Source: Trichoplax sp. H2
Lineage: Eukaryota
Length of the DNA stretch: 64,000 nucleotides
Assembly (NCBI GenBank): GCA_003344405.1
Contig: NOWV01000016.1
Span: forward strand, 558,001-622,000
Direction of reading: 5' to 3'
In this document: positions 35,401 to 53,863 of the stretch, in pieces
Layout: each line of letters opens with the position of its first letter
Position numbering within the stretch: the first letter of the stretch is position 1
Program-made: the position numbers and the translations under genes
The notes under the pieces: generated by a model
What the model was told of the DNA's origin: nothing
What the model saw: only the letters and a program-made list of their open reading frames with translations
The model's database searches: none

Positions 35401-38400
35401 TTACGACTGAATACAACGCCTTTAGTAGGCTCGATGGCAACCAAGGAACGGGTACTCCAGGAATTAACCAAAGCTTCAGTTGTCCATCTATCAACATTAG
35501 GCTGTTTATATTATAACTGTTTAGCATTTACTCCCAATCCTTATCGATTGAATACGGATACAGCGGAAGAAGATTCCTATTTAGTGACAATGGATGACTT
35601 GAAACAAATAAAATTAAAAGCAAAAATTATCGTTCTCAGCTCGTGCAGCCAGAATAGCTATAGCGATAAAAATGCTCTACATCAGTTAACTTATCATTTA
35701 CCCAATATGCTACTGGCTTGTGGAGCATGTTCTGTTCTTGTACCGCTATGGCCGATACCTGATTTGGCATCTGATGCCTTTTGGTTCCATTTTTACAGTC
35801 ATCTTTACAAACATCAACGATTAAGTCTAGCATTAAAATCAGCATTAAATAGCATTCGAGAAGATAATCGACTGGTCGAACCCGTATGCTGGGGATCTTA
35901 TGTGCTCTTGGGACAAGATATGGCTATAGATATTAAACAGATAGAACATCACATGTTGAATAAATCTATTGATGAACAAAAAATGCGAATGGAAACATTA
36001 CTTACCAGTAAACAGACATCATCACCCCGCGATAAATCATTCGAGGGTAATAAATTTCACGTAGTTACCAATTATGAATTGCAGAATAAGTTTGTGGCAG
36101 TATGCAAAAATAATTTGAATTTTTATATATCAAACAAACTCATCAATTGATTTAATTCTATAGAAATAAATGTCGTACCCTCTGTGAAGATGAATGAATT
36201 ACAGAAGTTATTAGCTGAATTATTTAAATGCTATAAAATGCCTGATTTTATTCAGATTGTAAAGGAAATGTTGCAGCTGGTAAGAAACTTCCATTTAGAT
36301 CGAATTTTGTATAGTACAGTAGCGTATGAGAAGGTTTACCTCTTTAAAATAGTGTTTTACAATTGTGATATCTTTTCGTTCTGACCACGATAATAATTAT
36401 TTGAAACTCACCATGTTTTCATTTAAGATTGACCGTGCAGTAGCATATGTGCAAGATTTACAGCAAAATCCTGATACGATGCAGCTATCGACCGAAATGG
36501 CAGAAATACCAGCATGTCGAAAATTATTGTCTTTGATTGGTTTTAACTTTCAATCTAATCCAAATCAGTTGGACAATAATTGTGTTATATTTCCACATTG
36601 GGACTATGATAGTCTCCTAAGGCCATGTCAACTAGCCTTGAGATCTATTAAGGGTAAGCTAGTAGTAGTATTTCAAGGCTTCATTGTTATTGAATCATTT
36701 CAGAACTTTTTCTCAATTTGGAAAACTATTGATGCGCATAATCTAGTTAGAAAAATTACTTATAAGGACTCAATCGTTTTCTATATTTTTACCTAAGGAA
36801 TAGTGAAATTTCCGTCCTGCCTCTTTGCAATTTCCAAGTTATTGCCGTTAGATGATAAACTGCATAAATATTTGATTAAACTGGTATATATAACTAAACT
36901 ATATGATATCCTGTTCAATTAAATTGTTCTAAAATCAATTTATATTAACATCCAAGTAATATACTTATGATTTAATTAAATATTTACTTGATAGTTACAT
37001 GCGACTAATTCAAGCTACATCGACATTACGGATTCCTATGTTCATAATGTTTGGCAAGTTAACCCTAAGTCCCGGCAGCTATTGATAAGCCTAGGATATC
37101 ATCAAGCAGGAACTTTATTGATACCAGATCGAAATTTAAATGCCCAAGTGAGAGATTGTTGCCAACTTTTACTAGCACTACTTGGTAAGACTTAAGTACA
37201 GAAGCTAAAAATTTCATTCGATAATGAATCATACTGTAGACAGCGTATTTATCATCTTCCTATTATGGTTGATAAAGTCTATATGTGGTCGATATCATGT
37301 ATTAATAATTGTTATTAATACTATGCATGAATCAGCTAGTAGTTTAAAGAATTAAAATATGCTAACTGTAATATTCAAGTAGTTGTGTCATGTTATTTAA
37401 TTCATAGGCATGTGTATGATTTCACTGTTCTTAATATGCCATAATTTTAATTATCTATTTTAAATTAAAAAAAAATGTAGCTCCGGAATCTAATTCAATT
37501 AAACCTAAGCGTAACAGGACCAAATCAGCTCCAGAGTCAATGCTGAACGAACAGAAATTTTCATCTCGTCCAACAGCGTTGACGCCGGTAATATAATTGT
37601 TTATGTGAAATATGAGTAACTATTTCTTTTATTCGCTGAATTAAATGCTTGTAGCGATGAATTAAACGTCTATAGCATTATTAGGCTACAATAGCTTTAG
37701 CATTGTTCATACGTTGACCGAAGTTAAAGGCTGAAAATATTTAATATTAATTTAATGCAGAAAATGATACATTCAGATAAGACTGATTTTATTTGAACAA
37801 CCTTCCAATTACTGATGAACAATATTTTTACGCGGTTTTAAACAAGTTTGATTAAGCTAGATTTATAATCTAACATTCATTTTTTACAAATTAATTTGCT
37901 TAGAAGTAATGTACTATATCATGAAATCGTAGATCATCACTAATTACAGAAGTATTTGAGATAAAGTATAAATGATTTAAGCTTGTTTGCCTGCCATAAT
38001 GGGATCGTGTATATATACTACGACAAACAGAGCAATGGTACTCTCTTGTAACGCGTAGTGTGAGATGGATTTTCTCTCTATTATATTTTACTCGTTCATG
38101 AAATTGGAGAGAAAAAATAAGCTAATATACTATAGCAATGCTTTATGAAGAGTTTTATAAATTCTTGTATTAGACTTGATGATAAGTCAACGGAAATTGT
38201 AACCGATTATTTATATTTTACTAGGAAATGAGCGACGCATCATCATTGTCATCTTTTAAACTTCCGCCTTTGAATGATCAATCCAGTGACAGGGTATCGT
38301 TTTAACACCTACGACTGTTATTTATTTTCTAAGAACTTGCTAGCACAAGGAAATTGACCTATTTTATCATCTTAGGTTTTGATGACCTCAACTTGGTCTC

Positions 38401-39266
38401 CACGAACATCGTTCAAAACTAGCTCAGGGACTGTTAAGCTTGCCAAGAGGTAACCACGCCGCTGTTATCAACTTGAATACATTTAGAAGTCTTACAACGT
38501 ATTGTGAATTAACTATATTTGTTACATAGTTGTAGAAAGATGTATCTAAGCATTTCTACTTTTGCATATCAATTGTAGTTTAATAGAGTAAGCAGGCTAC
38601 ATGTATGATTACTCGTGAGCGGACATGATTTACATAATACTAGTTAGCAATACATTCACACAATACACCCACAATCCACTAGATGCTGGATATTAAACTT
38701 TCGCAGTTTAACATACACCTATTATAAAAGGATGTCATAACAATTTACAGTAACTGCTACAATATATACTGTATATACAATGCGTAAACGGAATGTATTC
38801 CTTTATGATTGAAAAAAAACAAATTAATATTTCTAGGGTAGAGTCTGTGTTAGAGCAGTGTACGATACGCAGATTATATATTTGTGCCTATACGTGAATA
38901 AAATATTTTTTTGAGGATCTTCTTTTATACCCCTATAGAATGGATGCCTTGAATACAGGATTCTCACATTATGCAATCGATGCTGATGAATGGCATCAAA
39001 AGCAAGTTGGAAAGCAGGGTATCAGCAGTGCTGCGGCAAGCAATGATCTCTCATTACCTGCTGAAGGTGTGGTTAAGGTTAAATCCGGTAGTTCACCTTC
39101 TTGTCCACGAATACCAATTAATTATAAGCCAGCCATGACGTCCACGACAATCTTGCAACAACGACATCGAGGTCATCAGGCTTATAATGAGCAGCTGAAG
39201 GACGTTGCTGATCATAAAGACTATACAATTGATCAAATGTATCACATGTCAGAGAACGAATTGTAG
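32482..39266 (+). CDS. TPR-repeat + CHAT-domain protein, TTC28-like (5' end unresolved)
   Basis: The 3255-nt exon 32792-36046 encodes TPR repeats (AHANLGSIY, AYGSIGVAYSKMGNYSLALAYCEQQL) and CHAT motifs (LYAKLISPIE, VAGNP, ATKERVL, HLSTLG, IVLSSC, GACSVLVPLWPI, WGSYVLLG). Further exons run to the stop at 39266. Confidence 0.75.
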
Positions 39267-39346
39267 TCCTGCATGGTTTAATAACATAGGTGAAAACAGC
39301 CAATTCATAAATCTCAGTGACATTTTCATATTGAATACAGACATAG

Positions 39347-39505
39347 TAATTTGTTGCTGCCAATTTTATAATGTATCTAATGAATCGACGTGATAGCTAG
39401 ATGTATCCATAATCATATACGTGTATTAGATATCCTAATTTGTTGCTGACAATTTTATAGTGAGTGTATCTAATGGATCGACGTGATAGCTAGATGCATC
39501 CATAA
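39347..39505. repeat. Short imperfect direct duplication (about 66-70 bp units) downstream of the TTC28-like stop
   Basis: TAATTTGTTGCTG-CAATTTTATA...TCGACGTGATAGCTAGATG-ATCCATAA occurs at 39347 and 39436. Confidence 0.85.
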
Positions 39506-41689
39506 ACGTGATAATTTTTGTGTACATGTACACTACCTGCAAAAGCTTATGATATTACCACGCTTAATTAAACGCGAGACAAGTTCGTAACATACATATA
39601 AATACCGGTAAATAGTATCTGTCTAGTTGCTATTACTATTCTTATGTTATCCTATACGAAATCTTCTATACCACTACAGACTCCACCAATACGCTACGTC
39701 CATATAATGATTGAGTTATACCCATAAAAAAACAAAGGTAATGGGATGAAAAGAGAATTTATGGAACTCATTAAATTACCGTCCGTTAATTAAATTAAAT
39801 TAAATTATATTATATGCAACAATAAGGCTGATGCTTTAACTAGCAAGTAGACGCAACAACACGCGTATATCGAAAATTTATGATAAAGATTATACGGTAT
39901 AATTTTACAAGGTGATAATCGTATTGTCGATTTTACTCTGTAATTACAAAGTAATTGAAATTAAGGCTGAATTATTGATCTGCTGAATTTCTACTAAGTA
40001 TTGACCTACTGTACTAACATATGCATATTATCATGTATGACGTGCAGTACTGCATGTTTACGTCAATATTGTAAGATACGAATAAAGTTTGTTCGGTTCA
40101 AAATCAATATAGCATTGGTAAGGTTTTTAAGGTAAATTGTTTTACTTGGTGTCTTTGAACCTTGCATTTGCGGCTATCTATGTCAAGTGTTTGCACTGTT
40201 GATTCAGTAGAAAGGAAAACTATTGAGGAAACGACATAATTTGTTCCATGATCCAGGTAGAGTATTCCGATGCTACACAGTAGGATACCGTACCTCCCAC
40301 ATTCCTTCCAAGGTTAACTCCAAAAATAGAGACGTGTCTCTCTCCCTTTTTTAAGCCATTCCTACAAAATATCTAAAATCCAATCAGCATATAACTTCTT
40401 TACATTTTTATGCTAAAAAAGAATGCCAGTTCTGGAGATTTAGCGCTACAGCTTGTATCGTCTTTACCAGAGCTCAGAGGGTCAGAGTTTTGAATGCACT
40501 GGCGCCCCGCGGGTGTTGTATAACTTTTACTAAAGTATATTGACTCACGGATCAAGGGTTAATGACGCTTGTAGCATATTAAAGCGATCACGGTTAGGGC
40601 TCTGGTCCGTACTCCGTATTGAGTTTTCTTGACCTTTACTGCCTGCAAGTCTTGCCAGGGACTAGACAACAAAAAATTTTCCCCTCCTGCCCGCAACTGA
40701 ATTTGTCTTGGCTCTCTCTCATTTTGTCTTGATTCTCTCTTATAATACTTGATAGGAAAATTTTTTTTTTATGATTATAAAACGGGCAAATTTCAGTTCC
40801 TGTCTGCAGCACTGCATAGCGGGCTACAACCTTATCACAATGTCATTTTGCAAAGTTGCTGAAATTCAAGCATTGGATATAAATTTGCCATTTGTAAATT
40901 ATTATGTACCAGTAAATGTGGAGAACTTAGTACCGTACACCGTTCATTTGAATTGATAATTATATATATATATAATTAGTTGATTACTGGTGCTTATGTA
41001 TCTCCATTATACAGTACGAGTATGGACAAAGAGCCCTGAATTATTCAAAGTTCTACATTACGAATATACCGTAGTATACAGTATGCTTACAAGAAAATGT
41101 TATCCAATTAGCGACTCTTCCATTTTAGTTTTAGCCAAGAAAAAACTCTCAAAGTGCCAGATAAAATGTTTTATAGCTGTGATATGTTGTACAGCAAGTG
41201 GACTTTCAATGTCTATCTGAACAGTACAGTACTGTATACTGTTCATTATTATTATTATTATTATTATTATGAACTCGGTGTTGTGATCATACGGACACTC
41301 GGACAGAACACTGGTACAGGACGGTATTACGTAATTCTCCTAAAATACAACTGGTAGAAGCGTCGAACTGAAACATGACATTATGTAGAGTACAGACACC
41401 AGGGCACAGCTGAAGCCTGAGTGGCTGACGTTTCACCGTCCTGTCGGCTTGGTCTCGCGTGCTACCTGCCTACAGTACGTCCAGGACGATACTGTACACT
41501 GTACACTGTAAACTACAGTCAAAACACTGTAGTGGAGGATCGTAGTCCTCGCTCGACGGCACGGTAAAACGTCACCCCCTGGGCGTCAAATCACTGAAGT
41601 CAACTCGATCAAGATTGTGTCAATCTCATATTGACGTTGGCAGTAGAAAATTCATTGGCAGTGAAAAAATCTTCTCCAAAGAGATCAAC

Positions 41690-46818
<5,129 letters not shown>

Positions 46819-47175
46819 CTGACGAATATGCAAGACTTGCTTTAGCTCCAGTAGTGTCTACTGTTTTAGGTTAACGCATATTTGCGATTTTGCATTTAGC
46901 TGCTTAGTCTGATATAAAATTCTAAAACATTGCCATCATGACTCGTAATGTCAAAAATAAATTGCATTTGCGCGCATCATTTTATAGCAAACGTACTTTA
47001 TTTTAATCTTTATACATGATAGAATCTAAAACAGTAAATTTCAGCAATTGGAATAATTTCAAAATCAGTTTGAAATCAAGTTCTTTACTCATGCTTTATT
47101 TAGGCAGTTAGAATTTTCGCTTTGAATTACTTAAGTAATTTACAGTGATTTACTTTAGAACAATTAATAGCAATG

Positions 47176-50100
47176 TTATCTTGTCGCATAGATTAATCTT
47201 GGTGAGTTCGGTTGAGCGTTTCGTAAATGCAGACAACAATCACTATTCAATCCTCGAATCCAGAATTTCAAAACATGTACATCTTGACCATTTACACCTA
47301 ATATCTGTAAAAGTCTGTAGGACAAATTCGTTAATTGGATTGCAATTTGCTAAACGTAATGATGAATATATCTATATATATTTATATATATATGTTTACT
47401 TTTTGGTTTCTTGTTCCGTATGATATTCTGTCTTGATAAATTTATAGAATAGTTTTGCTTTACTGGATTTATTGTACATTAAAACAAGAAAGCTTTTTAA
47501 TGAACGGTGTGGTCGCAATATTGAAATATTTTATGATAACTGTACTAACTTCATGTATTCTTGCTTAACGGCTAAAAGGAATTGATTTATCACAGCGGGG
47601 GATGTATTTGTGTCAGATATTAATGTCCCTAGCTTTATTATCAAATTTGGAGCTTCAATGCAAGAAAAATTTTTATTAGTAAATTTACTAATCTATACGT
47701 ATATAGATAATACTCGTATAGTGATATTCCTTACTAACAATACCAGAAAATATGAAATTTAAAAATGCTTTAGTACGCTATACGCGTATCAAGTCACCTT
47801 TATCTTTCCATTTTGAGCAATGAGTAAGATTTGTATGCAAATTAAATCCGGCACTATTAGTGGAAAGTTGTAAAATATCAATTAGTATCGATTACAAATT
47901 AATGTAGCAATTCTTAAATAACATATTGACCCGGATTTAGCAGAGTTATCCACTTGGTGAGCCAATGGAATAATATCTAAGAGGGCGTATAAATCGGAGG
48001 CGAGAACATGTTGGGGGATTTCAGTACATAAGTTTAATCCTAGAAAGTTACATTTCCAAGAATCCTAAACAGTAGGTTAACAGCATTTATGAGATAATTT
48101 GAGATAAAATTCTGATGTTACAGCTAACATCATATCTCAAGTAACCGGCTTTCACATTACCTGGTATTCAGTATTCTTATATATTACTTTACAACAATCA
48201 CTAGGTAATAAAGACTAATATAAAAGTAAAAGATAGGTAATTAGAATCTTCAGAGTTTACAACGTTGTTTCTGTATGCTCTTAATGAATAGGGATATAAA
48301 AGTCGTTGGCGCTATATGACAAATAAAATGTTATTACGAATATAAACATAACAGTTATAGCTTCTAATTAACTTACCTGTAAAATATCGATGGCAGAAGA
48401 AACCAGAGAGTCAACTGATGATCTGATAATGATTTGATTGCCAAGGATGACATGTTGACATAAAGTTAAAAAATCTTCCCTATTCATAGTCTAAATATCA
48501 ATCAATTAGAGCGTAATAAAACATATATAAATCATACACTTAATACCGTAAATATAATAAGCATCTTTAACAGTGTAGACTGTATTGTATTACTCTGCAG
48601 CATGTACATTACTAGCAATATTTACCTGCGACAACTGAAGTATTGAATCGAAATGTGCATCTATCGTGTATTTCTTGTCTAACGATAAAATAAAGTATTG
48701 ATACTTGAAATACAGGTACAATGCAAACGTCGAAGGGTTCAGCTTTATATCAGGTATTAAAAACTTTACATTATCGTTGTTATTAATGATACGGTCAGCA
48801 TACCTATATCTATGATATTGTTATCAAAATTAAGAGAAGGACCTTCCAATGATCTTTCTGTAAAATGGCGAGCACCTTCTTTAAGCATCCACGTAAAGTA
48901 GGAATGTAATCGAGTAAAGATATCCTACAGTAAGATGAATATTACCTTTCCATGAGTTCGGTCTGTGGTGTGCAATTCAGTACTATTTAGAATACTAATA
49001 GTTCCGTTTACTTACCGAATCTTTTAATATATCGGTAAGAGAGCGAGTAGCTCTACCGGTACCGCTTCTTTTGCGTGAAAGTGGGCCTAAGCATAATATA
49101 CATGTATTATCTCGTTTCATAAGCTATCCTGAATTATTATCTACATTACAGTATACCAATATATCCACATCTGAGAGAAATTTATCAACTAATAAATTAA
49201 TTTACCTAAATCGAGTGCAATAGTTCTATAAGGATTTCTTTTTACTTGCTTTTTCTCACTTTCATAAACTTTTAATGCCTTTAAAATATTAGATTGCAGC
49301 AAGATAAAGTATTTAAGTTTGTAACTTGGTCATCGATAAATAAATATAATAGGAATTTCTATAGAATGAAATATAATCTTACCTTAGATTGTAGATCGCT
49401 AGTCACTTTCTGAATGTGGCTATATTATGTAACGATAATAAATATATTCAAGATATTGCTTATCCATTAACTAGTATATATAGAAAAGTTATGAGCAGAT
49501 ATCTATGACTGTCTTTCAATCGTCGTCAGGAATTAAATGAACTTACCTAGTGAAAAAGTTCCAGGAATTGATTAAAAAAATTTTATCCTTGCTTACTATT
49601 ATAATGCTATACCTATCAATACAATAATCATATGCAAGTTATAGAAAAGTTGATCGGGTCATGGAGTCCTTCAATCATTCTCTTTATATCTATAGTACAA
49701 CATGTATTTAATTTATGTTTGAACAGAAAAACTGACCATTTTTGCTGTCCTCTAGCTTCAACATCTTTCAAGGAAAATGTATAACTAAAAACATAGCCTT
49801 TGAAACTATCGCCGAAGATAACTGGTCCTTCTCTACCAGGGCAGATTTCACAACTAAGGCTAAAATAGGATGAAAGAGAAGATTCAAGAAAAATCCAGTG
49901 AATAGTATCTATCCGCTGTACATTGTACTTTATAAGGTGATATAATCTACATGGAAGCTGAGCTTAGAATAATATATCTCGTTAACACTTAGTCATAGTA
50001 GAACTAACCTTCGAATACAAGCATGCCTCAGAGCAGTGTATAATTCAGGACTATCAGGATCATGTCTACTAACATAAACGATATCAGCGCTTTTATCAAA

Positions 50101-50672
50101 GCTAACTAAGCCACGTTGACCGACAGGTATTGATCCACAGGCATCACAGGAATCGACTTTTGAAGACGAGCTATTACTCGACGCTTTACTTTCATTATCA
50201 CTAGAGGAAGAGAAGATGTCAATAATGTGTCAACATTGGTGTAATCCTAGACTGTCGTTCTCCACTTTAACCTTTCAAGCATAAGGGTATAAGAATAACG
50301 ACGGTCCTATTTTCTACTCGTTTATGCTACCTATTCTACCAAAGTGCTTCTTCTACTGTACTGTATCATTCATTAATTCTACGTCTGGATATATATCTAT
50401 AATGTACAGTGTAGACGTAGCCTATGATGGTGCGGTATGTCGCAAAAGCCCAACTTACTGGTTATCGCCATTGGGTGTTGTTGCTTGATGTTGCTTTGCA
50501 TAACGATCGATATCGTGAAATACCTAACGAAAATGAATGAAATTTCAACATCGCAAATGAGATCTATCTAAGGATGACTTCCTACAATGATAAATAGGCT
50601 TACCTGTGTATAAAATATGATTTTAGGTCCATGAACTTCACAGAAATGGCATAAAGCGACAACAGCATTCAT
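47176..50672 (-). CDS. FLCN: Folliculin
   Basis: Exon 1 (50672-50604) encodes [23 protein letters not shown]. Internal motifs [26 protein letters not shown]. The last exon encodes [22 protein letters not shown]...IYATR*. Confidence 0.93.
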
Positions 50673-51420
50673 GTTGATTTCCTCGATTCCAACTATGTGT
50701 AGAATGCTAACGTCACGCCAGCGTCTCTTCTACTACACACTGTACACTGTACAGTGTAGAGTTCTTTGCTCCTGTGTGGGTGTCATGTGACTATCGAGTC
50801 GTCGCAGTAAAAGGATCTGTAGTAGAAGAAAACCAGTAGTAGTCCATGACCGTGGGATATTCATTCTGTCTCTTGTTGTCTACAGTACGCAACATTATCA
50901 AAAAGTACTACAGTATAGTAGTGCCTTACAAGTTGCGTCTTCTTCACTGGGAAATCAGAAAAATTTCTGCGTAATCCTTGATCATTCCAGTGTTAATCCA
51001 ATCCAATCCGACCAATACCGTTCTTTTAGTGTGTACTATACGGTAGTGTAGGTACTGTACGATACTGTAGTGGATAGGCAAATGAGTGGTCATACAGCAC
51101 AGTACAGCGACTGCGCAGTAATGCACACTAGCATGAAATTACATCCCGATTTTACAACCGTTTACAGTACATTGTACAGTGAGTGTACAGTACATTGCAC
51201 AGTGCAAGCCTCTCAAGACCTGGACTGGAATCGACTGTACTGTACTGTACCGTACCGGACCAGACCGGACCGGACTGTACCAGTAGGAGTGACTTCATTT
51301 TTTCCACATTAAAACGCTGCCAGTGCATTCTTAGAGATTAATTAAGGTTAAAGGGGTGGAAACGAAAACGAGCTCGCAGGACTGTACTACGGGCAAAGAA
51401 GACGAAAGAAAAGGTCATTT
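50673..51420. promoter_or_regulatory. Probable bidirectional promoter region between FLCN and ARPC5, rich in ACAGT/ACTGT units
   Basis: Lies between divergent genes, is GC-richer than the introns and carries many TACAGT/ACTGTA units. The ARPC5 ATG directly follows a TAG acceptor, implying an upstream 5'UTR exon. Confidence 0.5.
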
Positions 51421-51936
51421 ATTTTCCATGTCGACGATTGAAAAGCATTGAATACAGTATACGCATATTGATGATGTTTTAAGAATGATGATGGAGTTAT
51501 TTTATATAGTTGACGATAACAGTCATGTTGTGGAAATGTCGCGTTCGTAACTTCTTGGTCGGTCCTTTCTTGAAATCGACAGTAGTACTAAATTAATCGT
51601 GAAGAAATAGCTGCTTGCTGTCTTTTATACCAGTACACATCTTTTTTTGTTAGACTGATGCATCATTACAATACCCAGTACAATGGATTTTCCCATAGAT
51701 TCTTAGAAAAGATGGATACTTTAGCTTTTTTAACATCCATGTCTAGATTAGACGTTTTCAGATCCATACTGTTGTGAAGTATGACTGTCCTCTTCCACCA
51801 TAAACTGGACTGGACTATCAATTATACTTTATTATTGTACTCGTATAGATATATACCAGGATAGAGTACAGTATATTGTTAGCTTATTCAACACTTTATC
51901 TTATCTTTTTCCAACTTGTATCTTTTGCTACGATAG

Positions 51937-53122
51937 ATGTCTAAAAATACTTTAAGCGCTCAATTTCGGCGAGTGGACGTCGATGCCCTAGACGAAAATA
52001 ACTTCAATGATGCTGATGCTGATTCGTCCACTCCTGTTGGACCTGATATCTCAGCTGCCACTAGTTTACTACAAAGATATCCTTTCAACAATAATTACTA
52101 TAATAGATCGCTATAGTAGCGATGGCCTTTTCAAACTGAATACCTTTAATGGTGAAATTTTCTCCTGATTTATTACTGTACGCGAAGATGATGGAGTATT
52201 AGCAGTTACCTAATGTATAGTAAACAAATACTCTTGCAACAATTTCTAACAGCTCATTTAGAAAATTATCATAATTAATTGGTGCAGTATTGGATAAAAT
52301 GGAACATGTATATATACATAATTTGCCAAATTTAATGTGTTGAGTTGGCCTTAATAACACCCTACAGGAAATAAAGCCGAAGCTTTGAAAACTGTTCTCC
52401 AAAATCCGCCATTAGCAAATTCGAAAGATGTAAAGGTATCTTAAAAAAAATGTCCTAGAAATAATCTATCGATACCATATAGTGTACATGGAACATACGA
52501 ATGTAGTGGATAGGATACAAATATTACAATTCAACAGAAATTTGATTATAGCATCATCTTTTATTTTTATGTAGGATCAAGTTTTTACTGCTGTCCTAAA
52601 AGTTTTGACATCACACAGAAGTTCTGATATAGAAAAGAGCATCCAAGGATTGTCGCAACAAGAAATAGATACTTTGGTTAAATATATCTATCGAGGATTT
52701 GCAGAAGCCAAAGATAGTAGTTGTGCTACCTTACTAGCATGGCATGAAAAGGTTAAGCTAGTTTATTACTATTTCGATTTGTTCGTTAGCTTTTCCTTAC
52801 TGTATTACAAGATAAAATGAAAATGAATTATTCGCAGCGTTACTTTACCAAGAAGATACCACTTTCATACCGATTCTAATATTCTTATCAACTGATATAG
52901 AAATGAGTAATTTTACTCGGTTGTTAATGAATATGGTATAAATTAATATCGTACTGTAATTAGATATACAATTGCCAAAATTGATCGGATGTTTAGTTTT
53001 ACTTCAATCGTAAATCCTATCAATTGCATTAATAATTATCTTTTCTATCTTCTTGACAGGCTACTGCTGCTGGAGGCTTAGGCTCAATTGTCAGAGTATT
53101 GACAAGTCTTAAGACTGTTTAA
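51937..53122 (+). CDS. ARPC5: Arp2/3 complex subunit 5 (p16-Arc)
   Basis: Exons 51937-52076, 52366-52435, 52575-52751 and 53060-53122 give MSKNTLSAQFRRVDVD...DTLVKYIYRGF...[27 protein letters not shown]. Confidence 0.96.
52077..52365 (+). other. U12-type (minor spliceosome) AT-AC intron in ARPC5
   Basis: Donor ATATCCTT at 52077, branch-like CCTTAAT at 52349-52355 and terminal AC at 52364-52365. Splicing gives in-frame LLQRGNKAEAL. Confidence 0.9.
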
Positions 53123-53863
53123 ATATAGGATACATCCGTTTATAAATTCTAGAACGTTCTACGAGAGTTCATTGTGCATAGCTTTTATATCGTAAACTGA
53201 TTGGACAATAATTCGATTGTAATTATCAATGTTGCCTCTTCGTTGTACCGTTTGTGATTATAATCTTCAAACTATACTCATCTTTCTTTAAAAAAACACC
53301 AAAAATGTTGACAATGTAATTTAAATAAATTCACACATTGAAAATTGAAACTTTATTGTGATGATTGTTCATCAAGCCGTGTACGAGATGGTGTAATAGC
53401 TACAATTACAAGTTAATTTAAGTAATTTTGATAGCAACTGATATCATTGAAAGATACTGCAAAAACAAATATCCTTTGATCCAGTGATGCAATGCTTGAG
53501 ATCTACCATGAATTCAGGTTACTGCAATTTTGTGAACATCGCACAACACCTATCCGTTCATCAATAATTCTGTATTAACACAATACTCTAGACTATGCTA
53601 TAATATAATTCTTAATACGAACATGTCGTTCTACGTAAAAATTGAGCAGTCTGTATATTAGTGTGATAATTGGATAGATCTTCCCATACGTAATATATAC
53701 TGAATAATTTTAAGTCAACGCTATAACAACTACAAAAAGGTAGGAGAAATTAGATAAAACTTTTCAACTGATATTTTAACCTATCAAATACTTTCAACAT
53801 GGTCAAATGGAACTGTTATCATCTAACGTACAGAACGATATTAATACGATACATTTCTTCATC

